64,000 bases of DNA from an uncultured Pseudomonadota bacterium (GTDB lineage: Bacteria; Vulcanimicrobiota; Vulcanimicrobiia; Eremiobacterales; Eremiobacteraceae), in the NCBI GenBank assembly GCA_963736005.1, contig CAVTNB010000001.1, forward strand, positions 928,001 to 992,000, read 5' to 3'. Below the pieces are notes generated by a model, which worked only from the letters and a program-made list of their open reading frames with translations, had not been told where the DNA came from and made no database searches. Position 1 is the first letter of the stretch; the number at the start of each line of letters is the position of its first letter. Position numbers and translations under genes: made by a program. Of the stretch, positions 57,315 to 64,000 are shown piece by piece.

Positions 57315-58006
57315 TTTTGCGTTTGTTCGCGCCATTCGTCGCCGAGCGCGACTCTCCCCGGCGCACGAACGCTTGCATACACACCAAAGCATTGATCGTG
57401 ACGATCGACCAGACACTTGAGAAAGGAAGGATCGACTTCGAACGTCTCGGGATCGATGTTTGTGAAGATGCAGCGAATGTCGTGCTTGACGATTTCAATC
57501 TCGGCATCCCCAAGAGAGAATGTTCGTCCAACCCAATCGTTCTCCGCAAACGCCACCGCATCGTCACCATCGAGAACGATGTTCGGACGAAAGCGCAGGA
57601 CATTGACAGGGGCACCCATGTCGGATGCGAGTGCGCGAACGGATGCTGCATTGACGACGAGAAGTTCATGGGCGTCAAAGAACGGAGCGCTTCCTGGCAC
57701 CACAGATTGAATCGACATTGCGCGATCGAAGGTCGACGCGAGTTGAGCTGCTAGGTTCTCGCCGGCGCCGCACACGGAGCCGTCTGGGCCGGTCACGGTG
57801 ACCTTGCCACTGTCGGCATGAGCTTGAAACGCAAGCATTCGCGGGACCTGCCTGGCGGTCAGAGGTTTGCCTTTGCGACTCTCAAGGCCGTCAACGAGCA
57901 TGAAACTGCGGTCGAAGGGGATACCGCCGCGAGCAAGCTGCGTCGAGGTGAGCGCTTCACCAGCAAGCGACTTCACGGGATAGCGCCATAGATGAGTGAT
58001 GCGCAC
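57296..58006 (-). CDS. MOSC domain protein (YcbX-like)
   Basis: LWRYPVKS, DRSF, RFRPNI, RC, FGVYA. Confidence 0.9.
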   Translation of the reverse strand: MRITHLWRYPVKSLAGEALTSTQLARGGIPFDRSFMLVDGLESRKGKPLTARQVPRMLAFQAHADSGKVTVTGPDGSVCGAGENLAAQLASTFDRAMSIQSVVPGSAPFFDAHELLVVNAASVRALASDMGAPVNVLRFRPNIVLDGDDAVAFAENDWVGRTFSLGDAEIEIVKHDIRCIFTNIDPETFEVDPSFLKCLVDRHDQCFGVYASVRAPGRVALGDEWREQTQNVAADL

Positions 58007-58032
58007 GTCGCTTGAATCGTGCAGGACCGACG

Positions 58033-60093
58033 ATGCGATTTCCTGTTCGCTTTGTCCGCCTTTTGTTGGTGTGGCTTGTGCTCACGGCCTCGAGTTCGAC
58101 CGTTCCACCGAGTGCGAGTTATTCAACACAGCTCCCGGACGGGGCCCATATTCACATGCTTGCGCTCCCGCTTGGAAGACTCGACGGCGCCATTGTAGGC
58201 GCAGCGACCTTTGATGGCAGCGGAGAGCGGGTCGCATTTTTGGCGACTTTTCCCGGCGCGACGCTTTCGGGCGACTGGCGCGGGCTCGACCCCGTGCAAG
58301 CCTTCGTGCTCGATGCCAGCCGCCGGACGCTGACGCAGCTCACGATCGACGGCCAAGCGCGAACCATCCAGTGGGGAAGCGATGAGACCCTCTGGGTGCA
58401 AGACGGCAGTCGGCGCAATCAGTTCGCGGTGCCGCAGCCGGCACCCGTATCGCTCCCCGAACTGCGAATGGGAGATGCTTCTGCGGCCGCGACGGCAACG
58501 GTCATCGTGGAGGGCGGCGACGGGCGGTTCTTCGTGGCCAAGACTGATACCGGACATTACCTGCTCGAACAAATCGGGGCGAAAACGCTTCGCCTTGAGG
58601 GAACGGCCGCTAACGGGGCTTATGCCCTGGTGGGGAATTTTTTGGTCTGGGCGGATAAGTCCAAGGGAATCGGCAGCGAGATCACGCGCCAAGGCGCGCA
58701 AGACGCCGTGCCTCCATCGTTTGCGGGCTCTGCGTATGGCGATGTTCTTTCACCCATAGCTCCGCTTGGCCATGCGGTGTATCAGGGCGCATATCGCAAC
58801 GGCGCTGTCTACTTCGGCTTCACCTACGGCGTCCGTCGCATCGTCGCGCAAACCACAGATCTTGTCAGCTATTCATTCCCGCCGGTGCCAAACGACCTGT
58901 CGTACACTGTCGGTGACGGTTTTGGTGCGGGAGCCGGTGATCAATTGTACTTCGCGCGACCCGAAAGCAACGAAATCACCTTTTGGCGGTCGGGCAAGTA
59001 CGTGCAAGAATCGCTCGAGTTGCCTTCGCAGCAAGGCAGCGAGAATGCACTCGAATACACGATGCAGCATCTCGCGCCAGGAGATCCTCTCTGGCCCCCG
59101 CTACGGCCCGATGAAGATGCGCTCGATGCTGCGATCATGCAATGGCGCGCGTATCCGGTCGGCGACTCCGTGGGCGACGAGTGGATAGCTTCGTATTTGG
59201 GGCGGCTTCTGCTCGGCGATGCCAAAGGCAAGTTTCGCTTCGTGGGTACGCCGCAATACCCGTTTGCCGTTCTGGGGCGCACAGACGATGGTCGCCTTTG
59301 GGGAGCTAGCCCGCAGATAAGGCTCTTCGCTGGGTCTAACTTCGTCGATGCAATCTCCACATTATGGTGGAGTCGAGATGGCGTCGCCTGGCTCGAAGCA
59401 GCGACCGTGCCTGGAGATGCGGGTGCGGTCGGACTCGATCACCGGCGGGTGTGGATCGCCTACACTCATCCGTGGTTGGGTCGTGCGGAGATCTGGCTCA
59501 TGCGACTGGGTGACGAAAGTGGTGCGGTTACCGGAGGAACCTACGGCGGGGAGCAGCTTTTCTTTGCTTCGCTGCCGAGTGGTTTCTTCTTGGTGTGGGG
59601 CGCGACGCCGGGCCGGCGCCTCAACAGCGATGAGGGACCACTGTCGGCATATCGAGTCGATCAGGAAGCGCTCTTCGTCCTCGGCGAGGGTACGTACAAC
59701 GTTTTCCAGCAACAGATCCTCGATCCAAGTAGCGACCCGTCTCTGCCGGCAGCCTCCTTCAACGTGCACGATGCGGCTGCGCTCGCGCAGCCGACGCTTG
59801 ATACCCTCGCGTCGTTACCAAGCGAAACGCACGTCACGCTCGCAACGAACATCGATGGATTGCAAGTGGACACCACAAGGATCACGGTGATGAGCTTGCA
59901 GCAGGAGCGGGCATTCGAAATCAAATACGCGGGCCGGCCCTACCCGCTTGCCATGATCTCTGCTTCCCTTGCCGGAGACACTGCCGTGGTCAAGCGATCG
60001 CTGGCGCGCGGCCCTCTGATGCAAACCGGTTCAACCGAGCGCTGGTCGCGGCTCGACGGACGCTGGCGGCGACTCTCGATACAGCCTTTTTAA
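58033..60093 (+). CDS. Large secreted hypothetical protein, probably beta-propeller
   Basis: Signal peptide; DGRLW and WSRDG motifs. Confidence 0.7.
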   Translation: MRFPVRFVRLLLVWLVLTASSSTVPPSASYSTQLPDGAHIHMLALPLGRLDGAIVGAATFDGSGERVAFLATFPGATLSGDWRGLDPVQAFVLDASRRTLTQLTIDGQARTIQWGSDETLWVQDGSRRNQFAVPQPAPVSLPELRMGDASAAATATVIVEGGDGRFFVAKTDTGHYLLEQIGAKTLRLEGTAANGAYALVGNFLVWADKSKGIGSEITRQGAQDAVPPSFAGSAYGDVLSPIAPLGHAVYQGAYRNGAVYFGFTYGVRRIVAQTTDLVSYSFPPVPNDLSYTVGDGFGAGAGDQLYFARPESNEITFWRSGKYVQESLELPSQQGSENALEYTMQHLAPGDPLWPPLRPDEDALDAAIMQWRAYPVGDSVGDEWIASYLGRLLLGDAKGKFRFVGTPQYPFAVLGRTDDGRLWGASPQIRLFAGSNFVDAISTLWWSRDGVAWLEAATVPGDAGAVGLDHRRVWIAYTHPWLGRAEIWLMRLGDESGAVTGGTYGGEQLFFASLPSGFFLVWGATPGRRLNSDEGPLSAYRVDQEALFVLGEGTYNVFQQQILDPSSDPSLPAASFNVHDAAALAQPTLDTLASLPSETHVTLATNIDGLQVDTTRITVMSLQQERAFEIKYAGRPYPLAMISASLAGDTAVVKRSLARGPLMQTGSTERWSRLDGRWRRLSIQPF

Positions 60094-60096
60094 AGG

Positions 60097-60465
60097 TTAC
60101 GTCGATGGGGCGGTGACCGTGATCGTGCCCGTCATCGAGGGATGAATCGAGCAGGCATACGTATAGGTTCCGGCTTTGGAAAATGTATTCGAGAAGGTCT
60201 TACCGCTGTCGAGATTGCCCGAATCAAAACCGCCTTTGCCTGACATCGTGACCGTGTGGGCGTATGGGTCGTCATTCTTCCAGGTTACCGTCGAGCCGAC
60301 AGGCACACTAAGACTGCTCGGCGAGAAAGCATTGTTCGAGATGTCGATGAGGTAGGGTGACGCGGCGGGCGCGGGTGTCGGGGAGGCGGCGCCAAGGTGA
60401 CCAGCTGCTGCCACCAGGATGATTGCCGCGAGAAGAGCGTACGGGAGTCCGCGGAATCTTTTCAT
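60097..60465 (-). CDS. Plastocyanin/amicyanin-like blue copper protein
   Basis: Signal peptide; FSP, VTWKN..AHTV, YACSIHPSMTG. Confidence 0.9.
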   Translation of the reverse strand: MKRFRGLPYALLAAIILVAAAGHLGAASPTPAPAASPYLIDISNNAFSPSSLSVPVGSTVTWKNDDPYAHTVTMSGKGGFDSGNLDSGKTFSNTFSKAGTYTYACSIHPSMTGTITVTAPST

Positions 60466-60651
60466 GTGAATCTCCGATCTAGTTGGGGCGATTTTCAATG
60501 TCCCTATGTTGGGTCGATTGTCCAATCGTCCCCTTCACGCCCGCTATATTGGCAAGGTGTTTTCAGCGTGATTTCAGGTGTCGGCTCGCACGAGGGGCAA
60601 GCGGCGGTTCTCGCCAGGCGGAGTGCCGCCGACCTGCCAAAGCCCGGCATC

Positions 60652-61827
60652 ATGGGCAAAAAAGGAGCTTCACAACTCGCATTGCGGTTCGTGCTTCTCG
60701 TTGGCGTCGTGAATTTGTTTGCGGATTTAACCTACGAGGGAGCGAGGAGTGTGAATGGGGCGTTCCTTGCGAGCCTTGGAGCGAGTGCAGTCGTCGTCGG
60801 CTTTGTTGCCGGCTTCGGCGAATTAATTGGTTACGGTCTACGTTCTATCACGGGTTTCTTTGCCAGTAAGACCCATCAGTATTGGACTTTTGCTTTTGTC
60901 GGGTATGCAATTAATATGCTCGCCGTGCCTGCGCTGGCTCTTGCGGGCAACTGGCCAACAGCTGCAGCCCTCATGATCCTAGAGCGCACGGGCAGAGCAA
61001 TCAGGAAGCCATCCGTCGATACGATGCTTTCTTTTTCTGGCAAGGAAATAGGAAGCGGGTGGGTATTCGGGTTGAACGAGTTCTTCGATCAGTTCGGAGC
61101 GACGGTGGGGCCACTCGTTGTAGCCTTCGTCTTACTCGTCAAAGGCAGTTATCGAAGTGGTTATGCCGTTTTGCTGGTTTCCGCTCTGCTGTGCCTCAGC
61201 CTAGTCGTCGCAGCCCGGTTACTCTTCCCTAAACCTCAAGACTTGAACAGACAACAAGCAGTCGGCCTAGAAACCAGAGGATTCTCTCGCGCGTACTGGC
61301 TCTATGTATTGGCGGGCGGTCTGCTCGCGGCTGGCTTCGCAGATTTTTCCCTGATTGCTTTTCACTTTGAGAAGACTGCTAGCGTACCGATGCAATGGAT
61401 TCCGATTCTTTATGCGATCGCTATGGCGATGGCGGGCCTCAGTGCGCTTCTGTTCGGCAGATTACTGGACAAGCTTGGATTGAGGATCTTGCTCATTGCC
61501 TTGTTTGTGGGAGCATTCTTTGCTCCGTTCGTATTTTTAGGGAGCTTCGTTTTGGCTTTCATCGGCATGATGCTTTGGGGCATCGGTATGGGGGCACAAG
61601 ATTCCCTGCTCAAAGCGGTTCTGACGAATATGGTGCCCCAAGGGAAGCGGAGCACAGCCTTCGGAGTTTTCGACACCGGCTTCGGAATTGCGTGGTTTTT
61701 CGGTAGCGCAGCAATGGGCATCATTTATACAAAATCAATCCCCGCTCTGATTATTTTTTGCATGCTCCTGCAGATTGCGGCTTTGCCAGTTTTTGCGTTA
61801 GCGACAAGGCAACAGAAGGCAGCTTAG
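60652..61827 (+). CDS. MFS transporter
   Basis: About twelve TM segments; ADLTYEGARS, ERTGRAIR, GRLLDKLG. Confidence 0.9.
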   Translation: MGKKGASQLALRFVLLVGVVNLFADLTYEGARSVNGAFLASLGASAVVVGFVAGFGELIGYGLRSITGFFASKTHQYWTFAFVGYAINMLAVPALALAGNWPTAAALMILERTGRAIRKPSVDTMLSFSGKEIGSGWVFGLNEFFDQFGATVGPLVVAFVLLVKGSYRSGYAVLLVSALLCLSLVVAARLLFPKPQDLNRQQAVGLETRGFSRAYWLYVLAGGLLAAGFADFSLIAFHFEKTASVPMQWIPILYAIAMAMAGLSALLFGRLLDKLGLRILLIALFVGAFFAPFVFLGSFVLAFIGMMLWGIGMGAQDSLLKAVLTNMVPQGKRSTAFGVFDTGFGIAWFFGSAAMGIIYTKSIPALIIFCMLLQIAALPVFALATRQQKAA

Positions 61828-62231
61828 CCTCGCCAGGCGTCTTTGGTCCCAAAGCGCCTGCGTTGTTCGTCTTCGACAAAGGCGGCAATTTCTGGAATAC
61901 CATCGCGATCCGCGCCGACGAAACTTAGCCCTCCGAAGTAATGCATGCCCTGCGGATCCCTGTGGCAATAGACGACGTGCGCCGGGAGGTTGTGGTGTGC
62001 GCCCGCGGTCAGCGGCACGTGCAGCGACACGCGCTCGCGCATCGGCAGCGGAAAGGAACTGCGTACGCGAGCTCCCCCGGCAGAGAGATTGGCTAGTTTC
62101 ACGGGCTCGCGGTGCTCGCCCGCCATCGTCACGATGGTAGAATCGGTCATGACGATGCGCGGCCAGCGCCGCGGCATTCGGATTTCTTGGCGGCGCACAA
62201 ACAGTTTGCGGAAAGCGTCAAAAAGCTGCAT
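61824..62231 (-). CDS. Stand-alone PilZ domain protein (c-di-GMP receptor)
   Basis: RRWPR (RxxxR) and NLSAGG (D/NxSxxG). Confidence 0.8.
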   Translation of the reverse strand: MQLFDAFRKLFVRRQEIRMPRRWPRIVMTDSTIVTMAGEHREPVKLANLSAGGARVRSSFPLPMRERVSLHVPLTAGAHHNLPAHVVYCHRDPQGMHYFGGLSFVGADRDGIPEIAAFVEDEQRRRFGTKDAWRG

Positions 62232-62285
62232 GAGCGAGAGGAAAAAGGTTTCGGTGACATCCGTGCTTCAACCTATGCGCGAGAT

Positions 62286-62822
62286 ATGAGTATCGAGCTC
62301 GTCAACACGCTCGCGGCGTGCGCCACCTTTCTGGTTATTTTGGCGTCGGCGGTGGCAGCCGTCATCCAACTGCGCCACTTGCGAGCCGGCAACGATCTGC
62401 AGGGCCTGCTTAAGGTGCTCGAGATGGCGTACCAACCAGCCATTCAGGAGGCGTTTGATTTCTTGACGCACGACTTCCCCACCAAAATGCAAGATCCAAA
62501 CTTTCGGCGCGAGCTCCTCATGCATCCCATCGACAGTCATGTGCATAAAGAGCTCATCGCAATGGAATACTACGAGCGCCTTGGCTCGTACGTCAAGAAT
62601 AACATGATCTCGGCAGACTATTACTTGGATTGCAGTTCGCCGGACTTATACTGGGAGGCGCTCGCGCCGGTCATCTGGGCAATGCGCAAGATGCACGGCA
62701 AGTCAGCCTACGAAAACTTTGAGTACCTCGTCGTACTCTCCCAAGACTGGAACGCGCGCCATCCCGACGGCAACTACCCCAAGAGCGTGCGCCGCCTGGT
62801 GTTACCGCCCTTTGAGGTCTAA
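62286..62822 (+). CDS. DUF4760-like membrane-anchored protein
   Basis: N-terminal TM then QL; YYERLG, YENFEYL. Confidence 0.65.
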   Translation: MSIELVNTLAACATFLVILASAVAAVIQLRHLRAGNDLQGLLKVLEMAYQPAIQEAFDFLTHDFPTKMQDPNFRRELLMHPIDSHVHKELIAMEYYERLGSYVKNNMISADYYLDCSSPDLYWEALAPVIWAMRKMHGKSAYENFEYLVVLSQDWNARHPDGNYPKSVRRLVLPPFEV

Positions 62823-63319
62823 ACGCGTCGAAATTTCAAGAAAAGCGTCATCACCCACATTCCCACGAAGACCAAATAGGCGACGCTGATCCCCCAGGCA
62901 AGTGCCGATGGAAACCTCGTTTGCACCGAGATATTCGCGCTGAGGCAGAGCTGGAATATCATAAGCAGCAAGGCGAGCGTGCCGGCGCCGAAAATCGCGA
63001 AATGGTCGATGAAATATTCCGTCGTCGCTGCGCGTCGTTGTGGCGCAAGCCAGTAGTTTTTATTCGGTAGATTGATCATCGCAGGCGGCAAGATCCCGAT
63101 GAGGCGCGGGACCAGACCATACACGGCGGTCACGCCTAACAAGACGACGACATACAGTTCCAGGAAGAGTTGCTTCGGTTCCCAATTGTTCGGTATGCCG
63201 GCTGCATTAAAATGAGAGGCGACCGTTTCGGGAAGGCGAGGCGCATAATACGCAATTTGCACCGCGGCAACAGCTAAGAGCGCGACAATGATGATGGCTG
63301 ATTTTCGCACGCCGCTCAC
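62819..63319 (-). CDS. DUF1648 family membrane protein
   Basis: LPETVASHFNAAG.PNNW; INLPNKNYW; four TM segments. Confidence 0.8.
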   Translation of the reverse strand: MSGVRKSAIIIVALLAVAAVQIAYYAPRLPETVASHFNAAGIPNNWEPKQLFLELYVVVLLGVTAVYGLVPRLIGILPPAMINLPNKNYWLAPQRRAATTEYFIDHFAIFGAGTLALLLMIFQLCLSANISVQTRFPSALAWGISVAYLVFVGMWVMTLFLKFRRV

Positions 63320-63335
63320 GTTCGCTACCCGACTT

Positions 63336-64000
63336 ATGTTTTTCCTTACCTGCGCCGGTGCTGCGCTCAGCCTTGGTTGCGCGCGAGAGGGTGGAATTGG
63401 GCGTCACTCGACGTATCCATCGGGTTCGATTACCTTCAACCTGTCCGAAGATCCGCACAGCTTGAACCCCATTCTTGCCCGCAACGACGACGAGCGTCAA
63501 ATTGCCCATCTCATGTTCGACATGCTACTCGACGTCGACGACCGCGGGCACCTCATCCCCGCGCTGGCGCTTGAGGTTCCGACGCAGCGCAACCGCGGCA
63601 TCAGCCCCGATGGCCGCACGATCACGTATCACTTGCGTCATGACGTGCGCTGGCAGGATGGACAACCACTCACGGCGGCCGACGTCATTTTCACATGGCA
63701 AGCGATCGTCGACCCCGACAATGACGTGCCAAGCACTCGCGGCTACGACATCGTCGATCTTGTCTTCGCTCCCGATTCGTACACGGTCGTGTTCCGGCTC
63801 AAACGCGCATGGGCCCCGGCGGTGGCGACGCTCTTCACCTATGGCACGAACCCGATGCCGATTCTGCCGGCACACTTGCTGCAAAATCAAAACCTTCGGC
63901 GCTCGGACTTCAACCTGCATCCGATCGGTTCGGGGCCTTACAGGCTCGTTCGCTGGGATCGAGACGACCGCTTGGTGTTGTCGGCGAACGATTCGTACTT
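63336..64000 (+). CDS. ABC transporter substrate-binding lipoprotein, family 5 (runs off the window end)
   Basis: Translated by hand: LSLGC, DPHSLNP, ISPDGRTITYHLRHDVRWQDG, PIGSGPY. Confidence 0.88.
   Translation, partial: MFFLTCAGAALSLGCAREGGIGRHSTYPSGSITFNLSEDPHSLNPILARNDDERQIAHLMFDMLLDVDDRGHLIPALALEVPTQRNRGISPDGRTITYHLRHDVRWQDGQPLTAADVIFTWQAIVDPDNDVPSTRGYDIVDLVFAPDSYTVVFRLKRAWAPAVATLFTYGTNPMPILPAHLLQNQNLRRSDFNLHPIGSGPYRLVRWDRDDRLVLSANDSY

Noticed and set aside
1..64000. tRNA, rRNA, integrase, IS or RAYT transposase, prophage
   Set aside because: No such signatures seen in the sequence or the ORF track

Overview
A 64 kb GC-rich (roughly 60% by eye) bacterial chromosome segment with about 65 genes. 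I found no rRNA, tRNA, CRISPR array, prophage or transposase. The many Pro/Thr-rich lipoproteins and a probable outer-membrane cytochrome-porin suggest a diderm soil bacterium, possibly Eremiobacterota/WPS-2; this is inference only. Recognisable housekeeping genes are cysC-sat, fumC, proline dehydrogenase, an AdnAB/AddAB-type helicase-nuclease pair, a YtrA-type GntR/ABC operon, an OmpR/histidine kinase pair, M61/M20/S53 peptidases and two family-5 ABC binding proteins. Main observations: (1) an operon with two Zn-dependent polyol dehydrogenases and a cupin resembling the MTA-isoprenoid-shunt methylsulfurylase, a possible RubisCO-like-protein-independent redox route; (2) a Cyc2-like monoheme cytochrome-porin overlapping a blue-copper lipoprotein gene; (3) four coexisting GTAG-type REP palindrome families that occur between genes, inside proteins in frame (a six-copy VVSRIYSRP array and the AdnA linker) and over stop codons; (4) two unannotated small ORFs bracketing the ytr-like operon; (5) four apparent single-base frameshifts in otherwise intact genes, probably assembly errors. 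All product calls come from motifs read by eye; no database searches were run.
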